Shown piece after piece: positions 1 to 14,293 of a stretch of DNA of 47,800 nt. Position numbers and translations under genes: made by a program. The DNA is from Paramecium tetraurelia (taxonomy: Eukaryota), in assembly GCA_000165425.1 (NCBI GenBank), contig CT868082.1, positions 1 to 47,800 of the forward strand, written 5' to 3'. The first letter of the stretch is position 1. Each line of letters starts with the position of its first letter. Below the pieces are notes generated by a model, which saw only the letters and a list, made by a program, of their open reading frames with translations, ran no database searches and had not been told where the DNA came from.

Positions 1-1402
1 CTCAACCCCAAACCCAAGCAGAAAGACTGTGAGATGATTGAGGAAACACCTTAGGGCAATGTTGTCCATCGTTGGAAGGCAATTGTTGCTGTCCCAGATC
101 CACCTAAGGGGAAGCGGGGCTGTAAAAGTGATTGGGTTATTCACTTTATATAAATAAATTATTATTATTATTAATATCTTTTTAAGAATTCAACCTATAT
201 AACAAGCTCACGTTTAAAAATACATGAAGTTCTGTTTAACTATAAAATGACCACTTTTTTAAAGTAATGGCACAAATTATTTTTATAGTTCCAGAAAGGA
301 AAATTTATACTTTTTAAGATTAACTGCAGGAGTGAGGTTTAGAATTTTCGATTGGAATTTCGCTTTAATTGCAACTTATTTGTTATCTGATTTAATTTGG
401 ATATTTATTTATATAACTAAAATATGAGTTTTCCTATTCCCCTCTATCATTATTCATTATGGAGGGGAAATAATTTCACAACAATTTGTTTTACTTTCAT
501 TAAAAATTCAATAATCCCAACCTATACTGTACTCTTGATATATTATCTACTTCTTAATCTTTAAATCACAAGTTATAGTTGATTTACGATTCATACAATT
601 GTAAGGTTTAACCATTTACATATAATTAAGTATTGAGTAGATATTTAGATCCCATCTCTTGCCTGGAATATTTATTGATCGTTATTGTTGAATTATTCTG
701 GTGTTTATATTTAAAATGATTTGAAAATAGCTTAAGCTGCAATTCCCTACAGATATACTAACTTCCTGATAATTCTGTAAATGATCAACTCATGATCTAT
801 TCTTAATCCAAATATTTAGAACAGGATTTTACTCTCAAATATTACAATGTTGATTTGAGATATGCTATGTAGGTTGACTATCAAAATGGAAATATATGAA
901 TAACAAGTGGCTTTAGAAATGCCAAATGATGTTTTTTCAGATTCCAGAATATCCAACACTAAAATAGCATCAAATGAATTTTAAGATTAATAGCAAAGTC
1001 TAAATTTAACCGAAATAAATCAAAGAATTGAATGATTAATATAATAAAATTAATCAATAATAATCTTTGTAAGCATCAATGCTTCTAATATGGTGGGAGG
1101 GTTTTAACATCATAATTAAGAATTAATCTGATAAATCCTGGTGTAATTTTAAATAATATTAAAATATACAATAATCATAATACACTTACCTCCACATGAA
1201 TAATAGATTGAGTGAAATTAATGATATGAATGTGTGTTATTCCCTTAAATTGGTTAAATAAATAAATAATAAATGTGTCCTCAGATCAAACTTTTGTGTT
1301 CCTCAAACTCTGTCTAAGTAAAACACTCAAAATTTTCTCAACCTCTGCTATATTGATGTCCCTTTTATCATGCACGATTAATTTCCCTTGAACATTCAAA
1401 AA

Positions 1403-1552
1403 NNNNNNNNNNNNNNNNNNNNNNNNNNNNNNNNNNNNNNNNNNNNNNNNNNNNNNNNNNNNNNNNNNNNNNNNNNNNNNNNNNNNNNNNNNNNNNNNNN
1501 NNNNNNNNNNNNNNNNNNNNNNNNNNNNNNNNNNNNNNNNNNNNNNNNNNNN
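1403..1552. other. assembly gap (150 N)
   Basis: Run of N bases in the sequence. Confidence 0.99.
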
Positions 1553-1749
1553 TCCTTTTCCTTTTTCTCACCCAAAATGCTGAAAACAAGCAAAATTTGT
1601 TTCTTCTAAATTTAAATAATTATTTAAAAAAGATATTCCCTCATATATACAGATATAGGCTCTTTTACTTATGTAGAACTCTGTGCTCTTTACCCCGACA
1701 GGAAAGGATAAGTTGTTCCTAATTCTATTTGTGCTTTTCTTAGAAAATC

Positions 1750-2192
1750 TTTGCTAATTCCTAATCTGAAATGTTATTAATTACCCACGACTACTTTCAT
1801 AAATTATTGTTTCTATATTATTGAATATTATAAAATCCGATATTGCATAGAAAGTTGTTTTTAGATCCCAAAACCATATTTTTAAGGTATTTAATTCATA
1901 GGTTTGGTATAGATAAAATATTATTGAAGTTCCAATCAGGCTTGTTGGATGTCCAAATCTATATTCTACTATGTAAATATTATCAAGTAAACAACTTCCT
2001 TCATTACCTCCTTCAATATAAATTTTATGATTTTAGAAATTACTCCTCCTCTACACATATTTAACACATTAAATAATTTCCTCTTATGATTGATTTAATT
2101 GTTGTATCTGTCTTTTAACAAATCTAATTAGTCACTAATTCAATAATAATTAACAACAATGATGTTGATAGAATGTTATTTTTCTATTTCAT
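1750..2192 (-). pseudogene. frameshifted remnant of a small secreted Paramecium-family protein (3' end approximate)
   Basis: ATG at 2192 gives a signal-peptide-like MKQKNNILSTSLLLIIIELVTNQ. The segments NVLNMCRGGVIS and YQTYELNTLKIWFWD lie in different frames, implying at least two -1 shifts. Confidence 0.45.
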
Positions 2193-3716
2193 TTTTAATT
2201 TTAATTAAGTGATTTTATTATGAGTATTCAATAGAATTTTAAGAATTCAAAAAGAATTTAAAATCTTTTATCCTACTTTATCTCATTCAAGAAGAATCAG
2301 TTTCATGTCTTATTTCATAAAGTAAGATATAAAACAAAAGTAAAATTTAGCTTTATTAAAATAGTTACTTTAGATGTACTCAAAGAGGAATAATATTGAG
2401 TGTATTGGATTACATGGTAATCTTTAATTAATTTGCTATCGGTATTGATTTCATTCTGGTTGTTTTTTTATTAACTTCCAATTCTAAATCCATTTGTTTC
2501 TAAACGACTTATTAAATCAGCCCAATTTATAATCTATTCAATTTTTGTGAAAAAATCTTTGAAAGCAACAACCCAGCCTCAAAAATTATCTGGTCAAATG
2601 GATTTAACTTTTAGTAACAAATCATCTAATCTAAAAAAAAAGATTGGATATGATTTAGAGAAACCATCTCTTTAATTGAAAAAATTCAGATTCTAAATCT
2701 TACCTTCTATAAATTCAATGAATATGCTTTCCTCATCATAAAAATATTATATTAACAATGAAATCTAAAATAATAAAGAATATAAGATTTTACAGCCAAG
2801 ATATATGGGAAATTCCCTGCAATTTTAAACAATAATCCCACCAGAAAATATATTAATAAGGGGATTATTACAAGTGGCTACACATAATTTTAAACTATAC
2901 TTAATGAATTCTTAGTTGAATATTAATATGATTTCATTTTTATCATATTCAGATATATAAATCTAGATAAAACTAAAATAATTCTAAAATTGGAAATCTA
3001 TTATTATAAATAATAATTGTATAATTTTTTTGTTGTTTTAAGATAACAAAATATAGATATTCCAATTTAAAGGTATCAAAAAGAACTGTTCAAAAGATAC
3101 AAAATAAAACATAATATTACTCAAAGGTAGAAGATATAATATATAGATTGAGTTTATTATAATATCATTGATGAAGGAGTTTTACCTAGAGATGCACCAA
3201 GTAATCTCTTAAGAAACCTACCTTATTATGAAATTGTTCAAAAAAATTTATTTGTCTTTTGACTCCAGTTTGACAGTTCTAGCAATTAGTTATAGTTTCT
3301 CTAATATTTTGACTTCAATTATTTCTTGACCATTCTTTGTTTTTTCATCCATTTGAAGATTGTCCTCGTAATATTTTTTTTCCAAAATTGAACACAATTT
3401 ATAATTCTTGCAATATCTATTTTTCAAGATTTTTATTTTTGATTTTAAAATACATTAAATTATTCTATGTGATATTTCTTTGTTTTTTTGAGAAGGGCTG
3501 TAGAGAATAGTATTGATTCACTTCACTATATTAAAAACTATCAATTCCAATAATTTGATTATTTTAAGGTTAACAGGTAGGATTAATAGATATGAGCCAT
3601 CAAAAATTGTAAATTTTTGTAAAAATCCAAATTGAACTTTAGAAACAAATTTTAAATTTATTAAACTATTTGAAAAGGATATAAATTGAAATAAATAAGA
3701 ATAAATTATTTTATTT

Positions 3717-5314
3717 TCATTATTCTTATAATTAAAATATTTAATACTCTTTTTTTATTTCATCCCAAAATACTAAATGATTCCCATCATTTGTGACAGT
3801 TCCAAAAATTTTATTGGTTTATCTATTTAATTATTCAACAATTTTAAAGTTTCCATTTTTCAATTCCCTTATGATGTATATAAATATTTTGTGTCTTAAC
3901 ACCATTAAATTCCTGTTTTTATTATAAACTAATGGAAATTAGAACATTTCCATATTCACATTATCTGAATTTAATTTAAGTTTCTTTTCTGTATTCTCTT
4001 GAAATACACCATCTTATAATTCAAATATAAACATTTCATCAATTTAATTACTATTAGGTATCCAAATAAACTAATTCTCTTTGATAAACAAAACCTTTGA
4101 TCCAGGGCTTTAAATAGATTGTTTAACAATGTATTTGAATTCCATTTAATTATTTTATCCTCTTTCCCAAATAATTATTTTATCCTCGCCTATAGAGCAT
4201 GATGCTAAATATTGCTCTTTTGATTTAAACTTAATGAATAAACACCATTATTGTGTTTGTCCAAAGAATATTAATATTATAATTCATTCTTATCTAAATC
4301 TAATTTCCAACTGTTTATTCTATAATCCAGACTTCCAGAGAATAGTTCATCTTCATTTTAATTTAAAATCATGCAAAGTACTTTATCTGTATGTTATTGG
4401 TATGGAATAGAGCTAATCCACTCATTTTATCCGTAACTTTTCCAAACTCTTATTGTTTGATCGCTTGAACAGGAAAGAAATAAGTTTTATCTTTTACTAA
4501 AAACCAATGAATTAATCCAACCTTCATGATATTTCAATTGTTATGATAATTCTAATTTTCCATTATTAAAATTCCAAACATTAATTAAGCTTTTATTTGT
4601 AGATACCATGATTGAGTCAGAAGAATTAAAAGCTATGCTTAAACAAGAGCCCTATTATTTAACTGATAATTCAGTTTATTTTAATTTAATATCATCTTCT
4701 GATATCTCAATTTATTAATTAAAATTTACATTCAATTTCTGGATCATAAGTTTATTATTTTCTAACATCTCCTTGCATTTTTCCTATTCTTAGAATTAAT
4801 TGAATAAATCTAACTTTGAAGTAACTTTTGAGTACCAAATATTTTGTTCTTTACTGATTCTTTATAACAATTCATTCTAATCAAAATAAATGCCTTTATT
4901 ATTTATAAAGTTTTCTAATTCATCATGAAAACTGTATTATTAATATTATTGACACAGCAATTATAGATTATTGATCCAATCTTGAACAGCACATTGAATA
5001 AATTCGAATTATTGAATTACATTTGATTTCAACAGATTTAATTGAGTAAGAATCTATTAAATTTAGTTTACCTATGATTTGATTAGGTTATAAACTTATT
5101 CTAATTTTATTTACTATTATTCTTAAATTATTTCGAGTATATCTTTGTACACAATTGCTTTTCCATTTATATTTATAGTTTATAAGCATTAGCCACATAA
5201 AAGCCTCTGATCTCTCTATAATTAAGGGTTTAGAAGGACTTAAACAATTTTTTGGTTATGTTTCAAAGCGCATTGCAATTATATCTCATTTTCTATCATT
5301 TTTGATTTAAGCAT
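3717..5314 (-). CDS. WD40 beta-propeller protein with N-terminal Cys/His motif and coiled coil; one -1 frameshift
   Basis: Starts MLKSKMIENEIQLQCALKH...QRLLCGQCL. WD repeats include FLSCSSDQTIRVWK and LFSGSLDYRINSWK. Ends GTVTNDGNHLVFWDE...QEQ-TGA. The span is 1598 nt, one base short of 533 codons; the shift maps to the T4 run at 4218-4221. Confidence 0.85.
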
Positions 5315-5642
5315 TTTTAATTTAATTTCTTTATGGATTTATAATTCTCAAAGAAATTTTTTTATAATTTTGTTTTAAGTAATTAAAATAAATTGATGCA
5401 AATAATTGCCTAAGTCTCATTTTTATTGAAATTATGACCCACTTATTAATGTTATGGAATTTAAATATTTAAATAAAGCATAGTTATTATATAAATATAT
5501 ATCAAATCAAACATTTAGCTAGAACTTTTTTAGTTTTAAGTCCAGCTTTATTAAGAGACAAACTTCAACTAATTATCTTACAAGCATGGTTAAGACCAAA
5601 GTACCATATAAAATATATTAATATTGAATAATTTTAAATTAT

Positions 5643-6685
5643 TCATAAATAATTACTTATATTATTTTCAATAACTTGCTCAATATTCTCTTTCGATGTA
5701 AGCTGTCTAACTTGAATTGATTTTGAAAACCAATCACTCCTTATTAAATATTAACCGTCGTCACTTAAGGTTCCGAATACCCAATTGTGTCGATAATTAA
5801 TACTTTTTGTTCCAAATGACATTCCCAGTCGGATGAAGAGAATATAAATTATAACACATTAATTTTATATCAGTTCTTGCATATTAGAATATTCTTTGAA
5901 GGAATATAAATGGCTGGAAAATAACTCTAGAAGGCATCTTTTTGCCCTTAAACTGCAATGTCTCTTGATCTGACATATTAATTTTCAATAGAATCTAGTT
6001 TATAGATGTATATAGATTTTCCAGTCCATGGTAAGTAAGCAAACAAGTTATTATTGATAAATGACAATCTTACTCCAACTTCAGATAGTTACCATAATTT
6101 TGAGCCAGAATAGCTCATAACCATTATTTATTTTGTTGAACAGGAAATTAATTTATTTCCGTCTTAACTTATAGAAATTTGAGAAACAGAAGAATTATGC
6201 TGCGAAATAGTCTATGAACAGAACCAAGTTGACTTATTTGAGAATTATGAACAATTGAAAGTCCAAAATTTTATTGATTTATCATCTGATCCGCTAATAA
6301 TTAGATTGCTTTTAACAGGATGTACAAGTTACTTCATTTTTATGTTCTTTTAATCTAGCTAAATATTTGAAATCCCAATTCATAACTAAAGACCATAAAA
6401 TAATTGAAGCATCATGAGAACCAGATACCAAACCTGAATTTTATTTAAAGACATTAAGAGTAGTAATTTTGATTGAATGTGATTTTTAACTTATTATAAC
6501 TATCTCAACCCATTTATCAATTAGAACACTACAATATTATTATAATGGTTAGCATACACCATTGTATTAGAGCTATTAATTGCTAAAGGAATAGAATGTC
6601 TACGTAGTTCAAATGAGAAATCTGGAATGAGTTAATAACTATAATGCTATGAAATATATGGATTTAATACAAATTATTGCTGCAT
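5643..6685 (-). pseudogene. WD40-repeat pseudogene, same family as 3717-5314
   Basis: WD motifs LVSGSHDASIILWS and IISGSDDKSIKFWT; C-terminal GTLSDDGQYL. Frameshifts at ~6485 and ~5804-5808, in-frame TGA at 5870-5872. The family N-terminal coiled-coil part was not found. Confidence 0.8.
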
Positions 6686-7145
6686 CTTTTGCGAAAAAAA
6701 GAAATATTTCAATTTAGAGATATTACTTATATGGATAATTAAATAATTAAGTTTTATTCCAAAAAAATTAAATATTTACAAATATCTATTTAATGAATTT
6801 GATTATATTAAAACATAATTTTCAAGATTAAAATATGGATATCTTGGTCATCAAAAGTTTAGATATTATCATCGACCGTATTCACTCCTTTTAAGCAAAA
6901 ATGTTAGTATTTATAATTATTTGCTATTTATAAAAAGAATTTTATATATTGGGTATCTCACATGATCCATATAATATTATTAGAATAGGCAATATATTAT
7001 AAATGAAAAAACGCATTTGAATTGAATGCGACTGAATAGAATTTTCTTCAAGTTATCTTTCAAATCTAGTTGATCAAAATATTATAATCACATTCTTAAT
7101 ACAGAATTGAACAGAATACATATTATACTGTATAACTTATACTAA

Positions 7146-7880
<735 letters not shown>

Positions 7881-8612
7881 ATATTATTTAAATATTCATA
7901 CAAAAAATGATTCTATTTTAATCTATATTGGTTTTAACATTCATCAATTACATAATAAGTTCATGTTTACGTTTTCATATAATTTGTAAATTAAATTTTT
8001 CTAATTGTTATGATTTTATTAATATCAACTCACTATTTGTTGATTTAGTATAAATATAGTATTTTTTAAAGATATCAATAACTTATCTATTTGATAAAGC
8101 ATAAAATCGATACCTTGCATCATATTGTTAAACACTGTTCTAATCATATTTCAATTTTCTTAATTAATTATAATCCTCAATCCCATAATCCTTAAGTTTC
8201 CCGAGATCTTTATTATTTTATTAATTAGTAAATTAGCAATTCGAATTAAATCTTAATATTCATATTACAATAAATTTACCATACACCAAAAATTGGATAT
8301 ATTGTCTTCATTGATCACTTCGTAACATATATTTGAAATTCCACCAAAAATATTTTTAATACCAATTTCTAAATAAAATATGATAGCGATATATGTTTCA
8401 ATTTAAGTTCTCAAAAAATTCATATAAATCAAATTCAATTATTCTTACTCAATAGAGAAAATGACCCAAAGCAACCCTATTCATAAATAAAAAATAAATT
8501 CCATTATATTAAACTTAATATTGTTCCACAAATCATTCAACAAATTACAACTTCTAAATAATTAATATATGATTGATGACAATAAAAAGACTAAATTATA
8601 TTCAATTATAAC

Positions 8613-11600
8613 ATGTTCTCAATTTTAATTTGGTTAGTTTACATGAAGAAAGCTAGTTGCTTTGTGTAAGTCTACTCCTTTGATGCAAACGATCAAAATC
8701 AGGATTGTAATACATGATATTCGAATTTTTAGGTTGGAATATCACAAATATGCTAAATACGATGTTTAGAACCTGTGATTCTTAAGTGATTTTTGGTGGA
8801 CCTAAGAGTTTTGGAATGAATACCTACATTACGAGATTTTTTAATGACCTTGATCCTCATTACAAGTTGAAAATTGAAATCGAGCTGTGGATGTAGAATT
8901 TGATCTTTTATTTTTAGAATAGATAAATGGACTTCAGATTAAATAAACATTGAAATTGACAATACTTTGTAATTCTAAAAAGGTTACACGCATTCTGACG
9001 CATTTCCTGATTATTGTGGTACTGGGAGCCTGTTGGATGATGATGATGATTCTTCTGTTTACAGTGATGAATAAGATACAATATTAATTACAATTCCTCA
9101 TGTTAAAAGAAGTGTCTGGGTTCATATTTATGTAGATGTTTAAACTGATGAAAATGTAAAATTATAATTAAAAAAAGTAATCATGGGGCATAAAAACATT
9201 TAAATTAAGTATAGAGAAATGTCTAAATGGATGTCTTGCATGTTTTGGTGATGATTACTCATAATGTCTAAAATGGCAAAAACATACATAATCCTTTTCG
9301 TAATCTTACATTAGTGGATCTGATTTATGGGATGGAATTGGATTTCCTTTAAATATTTTTCAGTCAGACTAATGCTCTGGTTGCAATTATTTTTATGGTA
9401 TGAAATTTAGAAGATTTCTGAATTTGCCAAAAAAATAATAAATCCTTCTTAGATTATTTAAATATGAGGCAAATACTTTTCAAATTTTATTAAATAATCT
9501 TATTTATAAAATTATTTACAATCCTATTGGATAGATACAAATTTTGATAGATGATTGGAAAGGCGAAATATATGAAATTCTGCTTGAATCCTTATCATCT
9601 AATTTATATATAAGAGATATTGATATTTACTATGCAGATCGGGAAGAAGAAAATATAATCTAATTCATGCCTGGTTGTGTGTTTTTTATTGACTTGATAT
9701 GTAATTAGTGTTATGAAGGTTGGAAGTTTATTGACATTCACTAAATGTGTCAACCATATTGTGGTGATAAACTTATTGTTGGAGATGAAGAATGTGATGA
9801 TGGTAATGATTTATCTCATGATGGATGCTTTTAATGTTAATTCTAATGTGATCAAAACTGCCTTGTATGCTAATTTGGCAAATGTGTAGAATGTTAAAAC
9901 AGTTTTGAATTAAATAGTGATTAACTATGTTTACCTATTTGTGGAGATGGATTCGTAGTTCCTTATACTGAAGAAAAATGTGAGGATGTCAATAATATTG
10001 AAGGTGATGGCTGTTTTAATTGTAAATTTGAATGTGATTAAATGTGCAGTATTTGTTATTTGAAGAAATGCTTAGAATGTTAAAAAGGATATTAATTAAT
10101 TGACAATTAATGCTATCCTTATTGTGGGGATAAAATTGTAATTAATGGTTTTGAGGATTGTGATGATGGTAATTTACTACCATTTGATGGATGTTTTGAA
10201 TGCAAATTTTAATGCTAAGCAAGTTGCATCATATGTTAAGAAGGGAAATGCAATGATTAATAATGTGAAGATGGATATAAATTACTCTAGGGGGAATGCA
10301 TTTCAATTTGTGGTGATTAGTATGTTACATCGTAAGAAGAATGTGATGATAGTAATGATATTGAGTATGATGGCTGTCATAATTGTAAATATTCATGTAC
10401 TTTGAATTGTTTTGATTGTTAATAAGGATAATGTCTTGTCTGTGAGGAGCAATATCAAATCACTAAAAGTGGAGAATGCCAATAAATTAAAATTTCATAT
10501 GAGGAGGAGTATGCTATTATAGAATGCGATGATGGTAATGATTTACCAAATGATGGGTGCTATAATTAAATGATTGAGTTTAATTGGGTGTGTTCAGAAT
10601 ATTCTATTGACACACTTAGTTAATGTACCTTTTCTGTAAATCCAAAGTTGATACTTACCTTCCTAAATTATACGTAAGATACATAATTTGTAAAAATTTC
10701 ATTCAGTGAACAAGTTATGACTACATCTTAATTTGTTCTTACGGATACGATGGAAACATTGGTAATAGATGTTTCAGAAGATAAATAGCTATTAAATTTA
10801 TCTATTATTTAAGATGCAAGTGCATAACTTTCATAGCCAGAATATGTTATTGCAATTCAGATATTTTAGTTACTTGAAATTAAACCAATACTTTAGATTA
10901 AATTAAATTAATAAATTGTTAATCAATATGGAGCTTCTGTGATTCCTAATGATCATTACATTACCATAAATATTCCAAATTACTTGGATGAAGTCTAAAA
11001 GGTATACTCGTTAAAGTTGAAATAAGTCAATAAATCTATTATTTATTTTATTCTTGGTGTTGGAATAATATCCCTATTTTTTGGCATGTCTGAATTATTT
11101 TTGTAAATTATCAACATATTGTAATATCAACAATACCTAAGGTACCTTAATTTAAAGTTTCCTTAAAATCTCTTGATATATTTTGAATTAGGTGATCTGT
11201 TATAGAGTTAAACATTGATGGATTATTTTTGTGTGCAAGATTTTTTCTAATTTTTCGAAGTAGAATCGAACTTTAAAACTTCTTATGAAAAATTCTATTA
11301 CTATAACCTTAATGTTGATCTCATCTAAAATATACAGTGGTAGTTATTTCAATGTATAATTTGCTTACTAATAATATCAATTGTTCATATGTTATAAAGA
11401 GTGTTCTATTATCACATCTTTACTGATTAATTTGTTCCAAAAATCTCTACTTTATTAAACTGCATAAAAAATCAATTTTTAATAAAGATTTTGTAAGGAT
11501 TTTACAAATTATTTAAATGGTTCTTAAGCTTAGAAGAAGTGGCCACTTATAATGGTATCAAACAGTTATTATTAATTAATGGATGGGATTTAATTTTTAA

Positions 11601-12219
11601 AACTTTATTATATCTTTAATCAATAAATTCAGTCTTAAAAAGGGATATTACCTCACTAATATTAAGTTCAATCATTCTTCTAGCCTATTTAATTATATTG
11701 ATTTCTGCTTGTAATAGAGAAACATTAATCAGAAATATAAGTCCAAAGTTCTTATTGTTAAAAAGATATGAGATTTTTAATTTGCTAAGATAAACTAGCT
11801 TCCTGATAATCTTAGTATTCTTATAGCGATAAGAAATTTTGTAGACTTTGCTCATTGCACTAATATGTGTGATGTGTCTCAAAATCGTTTACAATTATCG
11901 AAAGGTTTTTGAGATGGCAAACTTTTTGGTTTAATTTTGTGTTGAAGGATCAATAATATTGTTTACATTTACATCACTCGTATATGTAAGTGATTATGCG
12001 ATATATATCAACTAGGAGCTAAAAATTAAATTTGGTTGGTTTCATATCAGCATTCTCTCAATTGGTCTTATTGTTCAATTAATTATGATTATTTATGAAA
12101 GGATTCGTTCATTCTATAAGAAACACCAGCACGGAAAAGAAAAATTCAGTTAAGTTCGAAAAAATTCTCATTTGATTTTAGTGGAAATAAAAAACCGTGT
12201 TATAATTCAAGATGTATGA
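8613..12219 (+). CDS. cysteine-rich surface/membrane protein with Myxococcus-type Cys-rich repeats and multi-TM C-terminus
   Basis: Signal peptide MFSILIWLVYMKKASC; three tiny introns near the 5' end (e.g. 8707-8732); repeats CGD..EECDDGN..DGC; hydrophobic helices at ~11040-12100; TGA at 12217-12219. Confidence 0.88.
9760..10563 (+). repeat. about five tandem ~60-aa CGD...CDDGN...DGC coding repeats
   Basis: CGD at ~9760, 9939, 10123 and 10309, plus a final partial ECDDGNDLPNDGC near 10523. Confidence 0.85.
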
Positions 12220-12535
12220 ATTATAATAAAATTAATGTTGATATTTCATCTCCATAGAAAATACATCAAATTTTAATTAGTCATTAATTTGATAATAAAA
12301 ATTTGTTTTTCTTTTTTTTTCAAACTTTTGAATAAAATCTTCTTTCTCATTTTTAATTTATTTTTATAATTTTCAGTATTTTTGTAGTCTATGTTTAAGA
12401 TTCTATGAGATGCTTAACAATATCAGTTTTGGACATTAGACATAACAGGTTTTATTGTATTGAATCTCTAAATGTAAAATCCCATGCAAATAGAGATAAA
12501 TAGTAAAATATTATTTCAATTAAAAAAAGATATAA

Positions 12536-14098
12536 ATGATTGAACCATAAATGTTAGAAAATCTGGAAGACTTAAAATGTGCATGTATGAGTGATTCTCC
12601 AGTCACAAAAGTAATCTGCGATCATTAATGCTCTGAAATGAATAGACTATTATGTGATAAATGTTGTTAAAACAAAAAATAATATGCATTAAAAATGAAA
12701 ATTCATGAGTTTAGCCAAATCATATTGAATTAATAAAGAGATAAGCTTGCTTCATTTGAAACTTGCATATCGCAATATCAAAATTCTATCAAGTTAATTT
12801 AACAAGAGCTTGAATCAATAAAATATAATTGTATTGATCGACTTGATCAATTATTGAAAATGACATAAGAATGGATTTAAAGCTTAGAAAATCAAAAAAC
12901 TCAAGCAGCCCAATACAGCTTTATTAAAGAGTTCGAAGCTATTATAGAAAATTAAAGGAATCCTAAGGTAAGAAACTATACTGCCTAATGTTAAGCAGAG
13001 ATCGACCTTGTAAGTGCTAGCTATCTGAAGAGGGCATAATCTTATTTAGATTAATTTTAGGCAACATGTGCATCCCAATAGTTTAATAAATTATTCGGAA
13101 ATATATAAGAACTTCATTAAAAACAATGGAAATTAAATTTGGAATGTATCAGTAAAAAGGAAATTCAGAAAGCAAACGTATCCTATGCGATGACATTTAA
13201 TTAAGATAGCTCTCTTTTACTAATGAGTTTGGATAGTGTTATAAAAGTATTTAATATTAGAGGAGGAGAAGTAAAATAATTACAAACTCTTTAACATATT
13301 TCAAAATATGTTACTACTCTAAATGTTTTTAAGAGAGGATCTTTATTTTTGTCTACCTCTTTTGATTCATTTTTAAGGTTAGAATCATTCAATCTATTGT
13401 AAAGATCAAAATATCTTTAAAAATTTGAAGGACATTCAGATGGAGTTTTCTGTTGCAAGATGAATCCACTAAATACTGTGATTATTTCTGGAAGCTTTGA
13501 TAAAAGTATAAAATTCTGGTCAAAATCATTGAATTCATCATGGAAGTGTTTTTAGACAATATCCGAACTCAATGGTGAAGTATATGATTTATCAATCAAC
13601 CAAAAAGGAGACTAGGTTATATCCTGTGGAGTTGCTGGATTTATTTTAGTAATTGAATAACAGAAGCTTAATAGTTGGGTGATCATATAAAAAATCCAAG
13701 TAAATCAACTTGGAGAACATCTGAGTTACATCAGTGACAATTAATTTGTATTTTAACCTTTTACTTCTTAAAGACTTGAATTCTATACTTTAAACAAGGA
13801 AACCAAAGAATATAAGCATTCGTAAAATCTTAAAGAGAATTACGTAGGCATTATAAATAAAGGGAATTCAAGATTTCCTATTATTTACCATTTCAATAAA
13901 GGTTTCGTCTTAAAGTAAGCAGGCTAAGCATTAAACTTTATTAAGTTGATTGATGTTAATTCATTAAACTGTGTTTAGCATAACGTTGATGAATTCAAAG
14001 ATTCATATATTTAAGCTGCTCTCAGTGATGAAGGAACATTACTAGCAACTTGGACTAAAAACTAACAAGTTCTCTAAATTTGGAGATGTGTATATTGA
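12536..14098 (+). CDS. WD40 beta-propeller protein (520 aa), intact member of the same family
   Basis: MIEPQMLENLEDLKCAC...NRLLCDKCC, a coiled coil, then GHSDGVFCC..IISGSFDKSIKFWS and C-terminal AALSDEGTLLATW. The 1563-nt span is divisible by 3. Confidence 0.9.
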
Positions 14099-14293
14099 TA
14101 ATTATATACTAAATAACAAAATACAAATTTAATTAAAATAAATTTTTATACTTATATATAAATTTAATTTAACTTGATTTATTGGATTTTATAATAATTA
14201 AAAACATGTTTAATCTAAGATTAAGATAGACCTATGTTCTTAATTTTTATATATGGTGTGTGTGTGTATAACTTGAATTTATAAAAATAAATA

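Noticed and set aside
6..17. CCCCAAACCCAA resembling Paramecium telomeric repeats
   Set aside because: Only about two units, embedded in coding-like sequence; not a telomere tract.
1368..1609. Track ORFs across the gap
   Set aside because: Artefacts of the N run.
420..3600. Long TGA-poor frames at ~424-960, ~2220-3200 (+) and ~3150-3600 (-)
   Set aside because: No recognisable motif. With a single stop codon, long frames arise by chance; these may be decayed genes but cannot be supported.
7980..8400. Minus-strand KLKDYGIED resembling a UBL C-terminal half next to the ubiquitin gene
   Set aside because: Match too short; no supporting UBL strands or consistent frame.
14256..14267. (GT)6 microsatellite upstream of SHMT
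   Set aside because: Too short to be meaningful.
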